Origin: Bigelowiella natans CCMP2755
Lineage: Eukaryota > Protista > Cercozoa
Direction: 5' to 3'
NCBI GenBank assembly: GCA_000320545.1
Contig: ADNK01001510.1
Location: forward strand, 1-64,000
DNA: 64,000 nucleotides
The notes below the pieces were generated by a model that saw only the letters and a program-made list of their open reading frames with translations, did no database searches and was not told the DNA's origin. How positions within the stretch are numbered: the stretch's first letter is position 1; every line of letters begins with the position of its first letter. Below, one piece after another: positions 1 to 13,527 of this stretch. A program made the translations under genes and the position numbers.

Positions 1-40
1 CCCCCCCCCCCCCCCCCCCCCCCCCTCCCCTCCTCTCTTA

Positions 41-76
<36 letters not shown>

Positions 77-80
77 TAAG

Positions 81-406
81 AGGACTGGGTATAGAGACAC
101 AAATGGTGCAGCTGGATAAACAATATTCAAAGCATAACAAACATGCCTGTTTGTCTGTCGAATTAGTAGCAGTAGTAGTAGTGTGCTAGAATCTCATATT
201 CCGGTGGTATTATAATAAACACAATTTAACGCAGAGAAAGAGGTATATGAAATGGCAGACCGACTACGTACACACCAGCAAACTCTTCGAGAGTCAGTCA
301 ATCAATCAATCAATCAATCAATAACACTTTTTCTCCCTGAACTAATATCATCGCATCTGCACCATGAGGCGACATATGATCAATAAATAAACAACTCAGT
401 CAACAC

Positions 407-471
<65 letters not shown>

Positions 472-976
472 GTGGGGGGGGGAGGGGGAAAGAGAACGGG
501 AGGGAGGAGAGCGATACATACAGCACCAAAATTACCTTCGATCTTCCTGAAATTTTCCCACCGATGTCTTCTTTCTTTCTCCAAATTGTAGTTGACTAAT
601 TTCCAATTCTATACACGTTTGATTGAATCCTGCACGGATATGATAACAATATACTACAGATACGCCACCCTTCAAAGCCAACTGCGCAGCAGCAGAGTAT
701 ACGACGTATCCAACATCCTACAGGTCCGTTTATTCCTTCTATTAGCAGTGCCGCTCGTAGAAGATGTATAGGTAGTGTATTGTTGCAACTAGGTATACTG
801 ATATATCGATATTTATAATATATCACAGGACCCCAATGCACAGCAATTTTGGGTCGCAAATTTTGGAGCCAACGTCCATGCGGTGCGTTGGATAGGGGGA
901 AGGGGGGGGGGGGAAGGAAAACATATAGCATTTCCAGTGTTTGTTTCAACTAACGACACATGTGTATGCGCACGCA

Positions 977-1023
<47 letters not shown>

Positions 1024-2290
1024 CACATATGTGTATGTGCGCTATATATGTGAATAAGGACGCGGCTCGACACTAACAACTTCTACTGCCATTGCTACTA
1101 CCCCTACAACAACAACTACCACTACTACTACTACTACTACCTCATAGGTGGAAACCGATCGATTGATTGAGACGCTGCTGTATGAGACAGACGAAAACAT
1201 AAAATTGCATTCCCAAAAAGCCAGGCACGCAATCTATCTTCTCTTGGTAATTGTACCGTGCGTCATGTCATGTGATGGTTTTGCTTGCTATTCGTCACCA
1301 TGAAAAGTAAGATAACTCACCTCCCACACAGTTATTAGTGTCCTCATTTGCCTTTATATTAGTTCATTGAGACTTTTTGCGAGAAGCTCGGATGGTCACG
1401 AATTCAGCGTTTGTTGACATCATCGTCTTCGAGTAAGCATTCATGAAATTGAGGGAAAGGGGGGGGGGGGGGGGGGCGGAGAGGAGAAGAGAACAAGTGG
1501 CTATAATCAACCCTGGTGATGATTACGATGATGATGTAATGACAATTTAGAGCACTGCTCAGGAAAAAGTGAAACTTATATATGTCGGAGTGACGATGTA
1601 CTCATCTTGTTCTTTTTCTTTGACTGCTGTCTTTGGTATGGTTCGGCTTATGCGTGGAAAGGTGCCCCAAAGCATCTAATGATCGAGGGTGTGGAGGGAG
1701 GACAAGAAGAGAAGAAATGGTGGCGTGATCTATTTGGTGAAAATCGTTCGTTGAAAGAGTCAGAAGACAGGAAGAACGTTATTGGTCAGTAGTAATAGTA
1801 TCATTAGTAGTAGTAACTAGCACTAGCATACGTGGTATTGCCAGTTGAGTATTAGCTAGGAGCACCATTGAGGATGAGGAGAAGGATGAGGAAGAGGGAG
1901 ACCGAAGTGATGATCGTGTCGTCGTGATAATCAACATCAACATGATGATAATTAATTGTCTTATCAGGCCGGAAAACCTTGCAAGAAGAAGACTATGAGG
2001 AAGGTGACTGAGAAAGAAGGAAAAGAAGAGAGAGAATGATCACAACATCAGGAAGAAGAAGACTCACACACTCTTCCCTCCCCCCACCCGTTCAAATGAA
2101 TCATCTTGATCTTGTCCCTTAGGAGTCGATCGTATGCAGTACTTGTCGGAGCAAATGGCCCTGCTATTGATGTACCCTTATTTGGGAATGGCTCAGAAGG
2201 AAAAGATAAGAATACCGTTCAATTCAAACCAGGTCCAGTGCAATTGCTACTATCAGCAAAACTTTCTACGTGATTGATGGGGATCACCGT

Positions 2291-2326
<36 letters not shown>

Positions 2327-4616
2327 TGTGAGCGCCGTTTGTTGTTGCATTTCGCAGAAAAAGGTGATGAAAGATGCAAGTCTCACCTTACTTTCAAAGG
2401 AAAAACTGGTTAGTCGAAAAGAGAACGAGAAGAGGAAAAAGAAGAAGAAGAAGAAAGCCACCTAGAAGAGGAGGGGGGGGGGAGGAGGGGGAGGGGAATG
2501 CAAAGAGAGAGAAATCAATGTGATTGATTACTACAAGACATTGATGCTGCATAATGTTTTTTCCGAAAGGGTTGATAACCTAGGAATGTTTCCGCTGCAT
2601 GTTATGATTGTTTATATCGTTGTTATTGTTATTATTGTTATTATTATTATTGATGATGATGTTGTTGTTATTGTTATCGTTATTGGAACCGAAAATACAG
2701 CCACTACTTACTACCGCTACTTGGTTTCTTAACTTAAACGCCATAAACACTATTATGACAACACAGCACCTGGAGGGGGTACTAAGTGGCAGAGAGTATC
2801 AAGAAGCTTTGGATCAGTACGACAAACAGGTATGCAATGATAATGATGATGATGATGATAATGCACATCTCATCTACGACGTATTTTCACGGGGCTGAAG
2901 AGTAACATGTAAACGGTACAACGAGCAGGTTGAAGGCGTGATGCTGTTGGCCTGGAACTCCTTGCAACTGTCAAAAAAGGGGAGCACTTTACTTGCTATG
3001 CGGCCACCCTCTTTCAAAGAGGCAAGGGATATCATGGTAATTAATTGGTGGGGGGGGGCCGATTAAGGCGAGAAGAAGTTATTCGCAAGAAATCCCTTCC
3101 CCTTCTCCTCCTCTTCCTCCTCCTCCTCCTTGTTTCTTCTTCTCTACGACATTACCATCACCACTAACACCATCACCACCACCATATCTCCTCCTCCTCC
3201 TCTTCCTCCTCCTCCTCCTACTACTGCTATTATTACTACCATTAGGGGCAGATACGGCAAGCAAGGCTGCACCTACCAGATCTGGCGTCCAAAACGTCTA
3301 AGGAGCTCTCAGAAGCACTTATCTGGCTTGCACAAGGTGGGTCAACCTCTAGATATGAGATCGATCATAAGCCACGACGACGATGACGAAGTGTGATGAT
3401 GGGTAGGATGGTTGAAGTCGTATTTGTCTTGAGTGTACTATCGACGAAGAGAGCCTGTTGTTATTGCCATTCCAATAGTCGTTGTCCTCATCGTTCCAGC
3501 ACTTTGTACTGTTTTTGCTGCTGCTGCTGCTGCTGCTGTTGCCGTTCAGGTGACTATTGCATGGATTATCTTCGACTTGAAAGCAAGAGAAATACACTGC
3601 GCCAAGTCCTTACCTCCCTCCTGGTAGGAATTCAATTGAATATAATGAGTGTGATAACCAATCAATCAATCAATCAATCACGACGGCGTAGTAGGGCAAT
3701 AAACGAGAGGATTGAGATGATGATGAGGATGATGTTGATATGGTGATATATGGGGATAGAAAGAAAGGCAGTAAAGTCTTCGGTGAGAAGGGGGGTCTGA
3801 TAACAATACATTCCTCCTCCTCCTCCTTCGCTACTCAGGCAAAGAAACAGTCACAAACGCATGTCAGTGCGTACCAATTCCAGGACTTTGTCCAGTCCTT
3901 CGGCAACTTAGAGTTCCTCATAAATCGGGTGCTTTTGTCGTTGATCCGCATCTGCTACCCACAAGGAATGAGGAAGGCTCGGAATAAGCACCAATGGTAT
4001 CAGTCTTAGAACTATTGCTGCTCCAATGGCGCGACGATTTCAACACCTCATCTATTCATTTAGTTCATCATAATACCGAATAGTTCCATAATTTAGTTGC
4101 CAGCATCATCATCAGCAGCAGCATCATCATCATCGTCATCACCACCATCGTCATCATCATTATTTACATATGCGTTTGTATAACCTTGCCTTTTGAAAAT
4201 ACATTTGTTTCACTCTGCGGCTCTCTCTAATCAGGTATCTGCAACCGTTTTTCTCCACTGATAACCGGTGCGTGCATATAACAATAGATTTATATAAATA
4301 TATAGTATAATAACATATATACGTGCATCTTTATTGTGGTGCGGGAGCTTGCTCGTACGCACTTGCCAAGTCTCTTCCACTCTCCTATCTTTGCGTGTAG
4401 ACTTATATACATGTACTTTTCCATGATCATTATCGTAATGACCATCATCGTTGTTGTTGTTTGCTACTGTTGTTTGCCGTTGTTGTTGTTGTTATTGTTG
4501 TTGTTGTTGTTGGCAGAGACGAGAGGGAGATTATGGCAGCTATGAAGGCTACTTCAAAGAGGGGCGAGTACATCATACGGCCTGCTCATAATAAGATTGG
4601 TACTTAGCAGTAGTGT

Positions 4617-4660
<44 letters not shown>

Positions 4661-5186
4661 CTACTGCTGCTTTTGACAAGAAGAAGTAGAAGCCAGTATG
4701 ATAGAAGAGACACGTTGTCGTTGTCGTCCACATTATTATCACCGAAATACTACATCTATCGTCAATTAATTAATCGATAAGCTGCTACTACGGCTGAAGA
4801 GATGTGCATTTATTCCAGACTCTGCCATATATCACCATCATCATCATCATCATCATCATTATCATCATCATCATCATCATCATCCTTCATCGGCACCAAT
4901 TCCAAATTGTTATAGGCGTTTTCAACCTGATCTACCGCGACTGTACCTCTGGCAGTAGTAGTCTGCATGTTCTCCCAATCGTCAATGTACCCGAAAAGGC
5001 TCGTTTTTGCATCGTCAAGAATAGAAACAAGGAGGGAAAGGGGGTGTCTTCGGCGAGGAATTACTACTTCACACTGATCGATATTATCAATGATATGAAG
5101 GTGATGAGACTGCGAGCACATGCTTTCATTATGTGTGTGTGTGTTGTGCGTTGTGCGTTGTGCGTTGTGCGTTGTGCGTTGTGTGT

Positions 5187-5224
<38 letters not shown>

Positions 5225-5761
5225 ATTTGTGTGGGAGCAAATCCACCCAAGAAAGGTGCTCTATCATCCTTTATGAGTGCTGTTGTGATATAGAATGCTA
5301 TGTTTAAGAAAATGTTCCAATCTGGATTGCGTACGTCTTCAAAAGTGTCATCACGTCAATGATGATGATAGTGATGATAATGGTGATGATGATGCGAAGA
5401 ATAAGCGTGATCATTATTATTATTATTACCACTATAATCATCATCATCGTCACCAATATCATGACCACCACAATCTACCATATTACTCTTTAGGATGAGC
5501 TCAAGAATCCTTTCGTCGATCCAGATCTCCAAACAACGTTAAATCTTCGTGGCACTGGCATTAGAGTCGCTGTCAGCATGTTTCTACAACCAAAATTCTC
5601 CCAAACCCGCCTTTACGAGATGTTTGCGGTCCCATCCAGTCTGAACAAAAGTAACAAGAGAAGACATCACCACCGCCCTCGCCTCCTTTTTTCCCCTTCT
5701 TCTTCCTATTCTTCTTCGTCGTTATCGTCGTTGTCGTAGGTTTTGATACCGTCGTGATTAT

Positions 5762-5794
<33 letters not shown>

Positions 5795-7709
5795 ATATCA
5801 TTATCTTTATCATCAGATTTAGGTTACTTCTGGATGGACCCAACACGTGAGTTGCTGTACGATCGTGATATAGAACTCTTCAATATCATCCTGAATATCT
5901 ATCGGTAAAATCCTCCTCCTCCTCCTCCTCCTCCTCCTCCTCCTTCTCCCCATAATGCTGTTTTTCTTCTTCTTTCTCCTTAATCGATTATTATCCTCAC
6001 CACCACCACCACCACCACCACCACCACCGCTACCTCCTTAACTTATTCCTATGATCACTTTCATTCAACATGGGGATGCTGATGCTGATGACGATAATAG
6101 TGAAAGTTAACGTAGTAACGTAGTAAAGAAGAGGAGGGGGGGGGGGGGGGGGGCACGGAGAAACACACAGCTTGTGAATGGATAGAATTGTTTATGGAAA
6201 TGTGTTATTGTTGTCTTCTTTGTCGTCGTTGTTGATGATGTTGTTATTTTTGTCGTTGCTGCCTTCTTCTTCGATCTATAATTAGTTACTACCCTGACAT
6301 TATTCTCTCCTCTTCCTCCTCAAATGGTGGGGGTAGAGGAGGTGGAAGTGCGGATAAGAAGAAAGAGGCCATCATAGCCGAAAACAAGATTCTCCCTCGT
6401 GAAATGCCAGAAGGGTTCTATAGCCTACTCAAGGATGAATTCACCTACTGGAAACTTCCTTATGATGTCAAAATTGCTGGCGACAAGAAGAGTATATGGC
6501 TCACGTATAACCCTGGCAAGAGATTTCCGACCGACGAAGAAATGTCAGTGAATAATGTCATGTTCATGTGTTAACACATATGTAAGCATGTGGGGGGAGG
6601 GGAGAGTGGACGAGAGTACATTTGTAGCATAAAGATGGTAAACGTAGAACCCCAATCGTTTGTTCTTGTCAGATATGCTGCACGGAGTGATTGTACTCAT
6701 CCAAAACATCTACACTCACACACAGACATATTGTATATAACACACACATCATGTGTATATATTTAGCCTAAGAAGAGAGCGTGCCGCAGCTACTAGTAGC
6801 AGCTCTTCCTTGTCCCGTTTGCGGTCTAACTCTGGAGGCAGTGAAGGATATGGAAGCGATGTCGATGGGGATTTTGAGTCTATGGACCCTGACGATGACA
6901 TGGATGATGTGGAAATCTTTGACGCAGGAGGGGGGGGGGGGCAGGAAGAACCGCAATCTGGAATGATTAACAGTATGGGGCAAGGCAAGGATGCTTGGGC
7001 TTCTTCTATGAGGTGATGGTGACACAATACACGCATTACTGCGAGCAATTATTGAGTTAGTAATAGTAGTAAAAATAGCGTCGTCAAAGAGTTGTAGAGC
7101 TGATCTCCTGACCTCTCTTTGTTGTTTGCCGTACATTGTTACAGTGGCTTGTCCCATGATAACAAGCACAACTCCTCCGACAACAATGGCGTTGAGGATG
7201 CTGATGCTTTGCTACCGATCGAGCAGCTCAAGCACGCATACGAGGTATTAGAAGGATTGCCACTGTTCCACGAGGACCCCAATGGGAGGGTCATTTCGCC
7301 TCCATTCTCGGCCGGCGATAAAGTTGAATATATGTCGCGCAGTACAGGTTATAAGTTGTTCTAAATTAGTAACGTCTACCATGCCGCGCGAGTAGATTTG
7401 TTTACCTGCAAATATGCACATCTTTCTTTTCAAGCATTGGAGGCGTCGTCGTCGTCGTTATCGTCGTTCAGTCAATCACTCATCTTGACATGATAATTTA
7501 CTGGTGCTGGTTGTATATGCTGTGTAGGCAAGTGGTTCGGCGCCGTTGTGCAGCATATCGACATGGACGAGAAGGTGACTGTGATTCTCAACACCTCCCA
7601 ACAACCAAAGATTGCCACTTTCGGCCAGTTACGCGAGAAGGAGGAGGAGGATCGCCACGGTTACACGGCGGCAGTTTTGGAAGGCTTCGAAGAATTTGAT
7701 GAGGAATAA
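81..7709 (+). CDS. Multi-exon protein with Cbl-type EF-hand-like segments, SH2-like domain, BTB/POZ (T1/KCTD-type) domain and C-terminal Tudor/Agenet-like domain; 5' end probably outside the window
   Basis: Manual GT-AG splicing. 660-892 gives DVSNILQ|DPNAQQFWVANFG. 3839-5100 gives HVSAYQFQDFVQSFGNLEFLINRVLLSYLQPFF...KRGEYIIRPAHNKIGVFNLIY...YFTLIDIINDMK. 5493-6545 gives TTLNLRGTG...RLYEMF...ELLYDRDIELFNIILNIYR...LKDEFTYWKL. 7300-7630 gives FSAGDKVEYMSRSTGKWFGAVVQHI. Stop TAA at 7707-7709. Some middle exon boundaries (1300-2800) are uncertain. Confidence 0.75.
5143..5192. repeat. (GTTGTGC)n heptamer repeat grading into (GT)n, intronic
   Basis: Read directly from the sequence. Confidence 0.85.
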
Positions 7710-7749
7710 TGAGTTCGACGACGATGCTGGCGCAAACTCAGTGATATTC

Positions 7750-8460
7750 GAAATCCAGCATGATACTGAAACACATATACCAGATATGTATACCCGCTGC
7801 TACTCGTTAGGAAATGATAGACATGCATGGAATGCCTTATCTAGCCCAACTAGCCAAGCACGCAGGAAAGAATCGTTTGTCAACCTTTGGGTCGATCGCT
7901 AGTTGGATATTTCCTCTATTTTATGATCACCATTACATTTACATGTTATGACATGTTGTTCGATTTGCGTGTCGCACATCGCATAAGTTTGTTACGTGCG
8001 CATTCTAGCATTGCACATCCAGACATGTTTCAGCAAAGAAGTGCATTATTGAACGACAAGTGTCACAAGTAGCGGTAACGCGAAAAAAAATGAAGCTCAG
8101 ATCAGCACACTCACCGAACGACGTACGCATGTGCGTACGCGCATCGCTAGATCGCATACACGCGCTAGCACGACGGCGGTGGACATGAATAGCATGCCAC
8201 ATTATCAGCATGATGAATACGATGTAGATGACGATACGATGGTAAAAAATGATGTGTTTAAGCAAGGAAACCGCTGCTATATAATCTATGTGGGTGTTGT
8301 GGCCGAGTTGAAAAAACAACACATCTAGATATATCATATGCATGACTGAGGCAACGCTGCTAGCTTACATGCGTACGATGCGTTGCGCGAACGAACGTTA
8401 CACTTACGAAATTGTGCCTGCTAGCCTGCATTTACGTGCACTCTCACAGCTAGACAGGTA
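7750..8460. other. RY-alternating, palindrome-rich convergent intergenic segment 1
   Basis: Dense GCATGC/CTAG/ACGT/TGCA words; hairpin CGTACGCA-tg-TGCGTACG at 8122-8139. Lies between a + gene end (7709) and a - gene end (about 8926). Confidence 0.65.
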
Positions 8461-8925
8461 AAAATACGCTGCGATTATCGAACATAGTTGTAATATAAAT
8501 GATCCATTGTGAATATGAGTATGACTAGTAGAATGAATAAGCGGCTCGAGCTTAGAGAGGCAAGTGTTATTCCGTAATATTATTTGTGTAAGATTGACTA
8601 ATTTCATTTCATATTATCTTTCTCCAATATTTATTGGTTCTAAACTCTGATTCATTGACTCGCTCAAGGAAGCCGACATAGCTTGAATACCTGCAAATTC
8701 AAAACCAAAACACAAGTATGAGCAGATGTGAACAAAAGAATGGTAGTTTTCTTCGATAATTCCCTACTTAACATCAGATTAACGAGATTCTGCTTTATTA
8801 TCTCCCTCATATACCCCGTCTGAGACAGGAATGTTTAAAGGGCCAATGCAATTTGTGCATTAGTTATCATCAGGTGTTGTTTTTCCTGCCATTTCTACAG
8901 TGGGTGCTGGCCATCATAGCTATCA

Positions 8926-11900
8926 TTAGTCGCATATACAACCTTGGGAAGATCCAAATTCAGCAGCCCTGCTCTCAGTTTCAACTCTGTTGAAGTCATC
9001 GATATTCCTGCTGATGTTTCCTCGGCCTTCGTCCGATAGCTGGTGACGAAGATAATGAAGATGACGACCATTGCTTGGCCGTTGGGGGTTGCTCGATGCA
9101 GCAGGGAGACCCACCCTGCTTCTCAAGTTAGTTTTCAGCACACATGATCGCGAGGGATCTTGAAGACTGAGCAATAGCTCTTTAGATTCATTTCCACTTA
9201 TCTTGTTCTCATACTGCTGATACGGCAGCTGCTGCTGCTGGGGTATCTTCGTCATGATAGTACTGGGCTTCGCAATGTTGTTGTTGCTGCTGCTGCTGTT
9301 GCGTGCATCAGAGGAATTTGTTAAAGCGGCCACCATCTGCTTGAATCTTGACAAATCCGCGGCCTTATTTCGTACATCCTCTCGTAGTTCGGCGCAAGTG
9401 CGAAGTAGATGCTGTCCTCTCGCAGCTTCTGCAGTTGCCCTCTTTTGCTGATTCTCGGCTTTTGCCATTAAGTCGCTTCCCCTCCTTTCCAGGGCTTGTA
9501 GCCTCTCTCTTAACGCTCCGTTGACTTCAGCCTGATTTCTGTTTTCAACTTCTAGTCCTTGGAGGCGCGCAAGTAGGAGAGCATTCTCTCGTCGTGCCCC
9601 TTCGAGAAGTGATCTTTGTGTGGTGAGATCAGTTGAAATTCCTTTCAGCTTCGTGGACAATAAGGAAGACCCACTTTCCAGCATCTTCACTGTCCTCTCT
9701 CTCGACTCGAGGCGTAACCTCAACTGTTTGATTTCAACAGCCATAGCTTCTGTATGCCCTGCCAATTGTTTTCTTTGCTCTTCACCTTCTTTATATCGCT
9801 TTGAGGCGGCGTCTCTAGCCTTTATGACGGAATGGAGATTATTTTGTTCCCGGTTTAGACTTTCCTTTAGTTCTTGGACGAGTGAGTTGTGCTCACCTTC
9901 CTTTCGAATCTGGTCACTTCTCAACCTGCCCAACTCCGCCTGACAACTGTTGTACTCGCTTTTCATCACCATGTTACTTTGCGTGTTGCGAAGTGTCCCA
10001 ATCAGTTCTTCTAGTTCCTTGTTTTTTATTATACTCTCCTCCAATTGCTTCCCTAGCCGGTGAACCTGCGACTGCAACCGTTTGGCTTCAGTCGCACACG
10101 TCGCCTTTTCCCTTTGTGCAAGTCTCAACTGCACTTGTAGGTTTTGGTTCTCCTTCTTCAGAGCATCTACTGCCCTTCGAACGGCTTCGACTCCCAAATC
10201 ATCTTGCATATTGTATGCATTCTCTTGTGAAATTATTCGTACGATTTCTCGACTGCTGCTGCTGGCGGGAATATGCAAACCTGATGATTTTAACCTTGAG
10301 GAGTCATAATGATGATAAGATGGAGAATTGGCAGGTATACTAAGTAATCTTAGATGCTGCATAAATCCTGGGAATATGTTGCGCATTTGGCCAAGGCTAT
10401 CTTTGTACCCACTGTTTTGCATCCTAGCGTTCCGCAGAAACCGCCCTGCAGCCATTATTGCGCTCACAGCAGAACGTAGTGATGTCAAATGACGCTTCTT
10501 ATTCGAACGTTTGCTGCCCGCACCGACTATTTTGGAAACCTGATCCCTTGGCGCGGCAGAGGCTGCGAGCGAGAGAAGGCGGGTCTGCTGTGTTCGATTT
10601 TCTCTCATCAGATAATTTTTTTGATGAATCAACTCACGAGCACGAAGTAGCATAGGAGCCTGATGCTTGATCAAGATGTCTAGCTTAGCTTTCATTGTCT
10701 GCATCTTTGAAGCTACATGTTTCGCTGCGGCCAAATTACTCGATAAAAGGCTGTTCTTGCCTTTGAGCTCCTCCACACGCAAAGATAAATCCTTGGCTTC
10801 CACAGACCGCTCGGAAAGAATGTTGTTCAAATGCTCTTTTATTTCCATCACTTCCTTCTCGGCCTTGCCCGCTCGATCTCTTTCCTTTCTTACAGCCTCA
10901 GCAAATTTCTCATTTGCGCTTTCTGTCAAGAAGCGTTTCTCTGCCTTGTGCTGAGCTGCAGCTGCCTTGGCCTCTGCCTTGACCTCCACTATCTCCCTCT
11001 CTAAGTGCCGAATACTTTCCCTGAATTGTGTCTGTTCCTTGACATGATCCAGCTTCAATTCATGGAGCTGCTGTTTGGTCAATTCCATACGTTGTGAGAC
11101 CCGACCTTCTGACTCCCTGGCCTCCCTAGCCCGCTTCCTATCTTTCGAGGCAGTTGTGATCTGCAGCATAGTGCTTGAGGCAACTAACCGAACACCCGCG
11201 ATTAAGCGCCCAACCGCGCCCTCGAATTGCGGATACTTCTGGATGCTCTGTGGCAGATTTGAGACCGATGGAACAGCGCTCAATACGGCCTCCTTTGGTG
11301 ATGATGATGATGATGATGATGATGGGTTTCTTTCCTTTCCCTTCCCATCGTTTTCTTCGTCTCCCTCTTTTTCCTCCTCTTCGTCGTATCCGTCTGCAAT
11401 TCTCCGAAGTGAAGCAGCCATGTCAGTGACGATGTTGGACGCAAGATGTTCTAAATCTGCTACCCGTCCTCTGTATTCGCTCACAAATTCATGCTGCTTC
11501 TCTAGCTCTTTCACGAGAGATTCGATTTGGCGTTGTTGGCTGTTGCATCTGACTTCAAAATTACGTGTTGCTGAGGCTTGTTCCCTATATTTTTCTTCTG
11601 CCTCAGCTACACGTGCTGCCATGTTTTTACGTTCAACAGCATGCCGTTCTGTCGCTGCCTGGGCTTCTAGGCCTCGAAGGCGTTCTCTATCGAGTTGTTC
11701 TTTCGTCTGTTTCTGCAGCGCACGAAGACCAAGCATCTCTGGCCGCAAGGAGGCGATTTCGTCTTTGCATTTCCTCAAAGATTGCAGTTCCGCTTGCTCT
11801 TCCTCATACCTCACTGATCGAGCTCTTAGTTGTGCTAGTTCAGCCCTTCCTGTCTTGAGCTCCTTTAGCAGCCCATCTCTCCCAGCACTTAATGTGCGAG

Positions 11901-13016
11901 ACTCGAAAGTTGCCGCCTCTAATCTTCCTCGCAGCTGTCCTATTATCTCATCTCTTGCATTAAGTTCAGATGCTAGATCTCGGAGAGTCTTCTGTACCTC
12001 ACCCTGTTCCAGGCACATTTTTTCTATCTCGTCCGTTCGTTTTTGCTCAATTCTCTCTCTTTGGGCAACCTCCTCTTCCCTTAGTTTCTCCAAAGATGTG
12101 AGCTGCAATTTGAGACTCTTATTTCTTTTCATAATCTGTTTATTAACCGCCAAGTGTTTCTCCACATGAGATGCACACTCTGCAATCTTGGCCTCTAGTC
12201 CTCCTACTACTTTTAGGTGTTCTCGGGCTTGTTGCAACTTGCTGCGGCGTACTTCTGCAACTTGATTCCGTAAAGCTACCTGGCTTTCGCCGGAGTCACG
12301 CACTTGTAACAGTATATTCTGAAGTTTTTCTTCTCGTGCTGTCTCCTGTTCCTGTAAGAAGTCTAATTGAGCCCTTAGCCTGGCATTTTCCAGTCTCAGC
12401 TGTGCAGCATCGAGAGCTGACGTTTCCCTGTCATTCGAAGGTTCCAAGTAGGAGAAAGAAGGATCAACAAGGTCGGCTTGACTCCTCTTTTTCATGTAGG
12501 AGGAAGAAGGATCAACAAGGTCGGCTTGACTCCTCTTCTTCATGCTTCGAATACTACTTTGCTCGTTGTGTATTCTGGTTTTCATCTCACGACGTGGTGT
12601 TCTATCTTGTTTATTTCCATCTATCTTCTCGCCTTCAGCCATCATGAGTGCAACCCGGCTTTTAGAAGGTGAGTGGATTGTTCGAGATGAGAACTTTGTC
12701 GGCGACGACAGTTTGTCTCTCCCACCATCTTCATCGTCATTATATTCCAGATCGCTACTCAATTCTAATTTGTTATCCAAATGAGGCCGATGCTGTGATA
12801 ACATAATATGGGTAGATTTAAGAGCATTTCCACCTAGCATTAAACCGGAATCATCAAAAGAGGAGTTTCTTGCTCCCTCAGCCTTGTCAAAGTGCTTTAT
12901 CTTAGATTCCTCTTCTGCTATCTCAGCCCGAATGCGTTCTTGTCGTGCCTGGTAGGTGCAGATTTTGTGCAGCAGTGCCATTAATAACAGCAATACGATG
13001 TCTTTACTCCCCTTCT

Positions 13017-13057
<41 letters not shown>

Positions 13058-13527
13058 GAGTTCTACAAACATACACACAAAATCGTGCTGACAAGTGTTC
13101 CAGCATTTCGGTAAAGCATTCGGGTATCCATAGCAACCTTGCTCTCACGTATTCTTTGGGCCAAGTCTTCTTCGCTAGCTTCATCATCAACGATGCCATC
13201 TAGGTTAGTACGGTATAATGAAATATTCCATAGAAAGTCAATTTGATGCATGGTCTAACAGCACTATGAAGATACTAAGATACTACAAGCATCGGTTAAA
13301 TCTAAATTAATCCATTTTTTACTAAATGCGGAAAAAAAATGCGCACTGAACATACACGTGTTGTCTTCAGGATGCTATATCTATAGGAATGAGAATACAG
13401 TAAAGTAGTGATGAAACGAGTTGAAACCTAGTTCTGAGCTGGTTGGTGTTAGTTGGAGAGGAGTATTAAGAAGCTGTGCTCTAGGACCGGTATCTGAGAG
13501 GGGAGAACTTAGAATAAGACTACTCAT
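8926..13527 (-). CDS. Large coiled-coil protein with an internal PACT-like motif (CCDC171/pericentrin-like, probably centrosomal)
   Basis: 1355-aa E/K/Q/R/L-rich ORF 8926-12993. Probable upstream exons 13527-13428 (MSSLILSSP...SSEL) and about 13200-13138 (DGIVDDEASEEDLAQRIRESK) splice into ARQERIRAE. Motifs ELIHQKNYL and LRSAVSAIMAAGRFLR at about 10430-10650. The 3' end may splice to small exons near 8690-8890. Confidence 0.75.
12448..12543 (-). repeat. In-frame 48-bp tandem duplication (MKKRSQADLVDPS[S/F]SY x2)
   Basis: Two near-identical 48-bp units, 12448-12495 and 12496-12543. Confidence 0.95.

Noticed and set aside
1-25. Poly-C run at the window start as a possible telomere
   Set aside because: Not a telomeric repeat; similar G/C runs occur in many introns here.
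1332-1432. Apparent in-frame TGA (LVH*DFLREAR) suggesting recoding
   Set aside because: A downstream acceptor gives an open frame (FIETFCEKLGWSRIQRLL), so no readthrough is needed.
2219-5794. Poly-Ile, poly-Met, poly-Leu, HTHT, ERER and YIYI ORFs here and throughout the window
   Set aside because: Translations of intronic microsatellites.
11075-12169. 364-aa + strand ORF (and other + ORFs at 9254-12784)
   Set aside because: Antisense shadow of the coiled-coil exon; Ser/Leu/Phe-rich with no family motifs.
13362-13435. Resemblance to U3 snoRNA box A (CTTCAGGAT...CTATAGGAAT) followed by GTGATGA
   Set aside because: The conserved GGATCA core is broken, no convincing B/C/D boxes follow, and it lies antisense within a probable intron.
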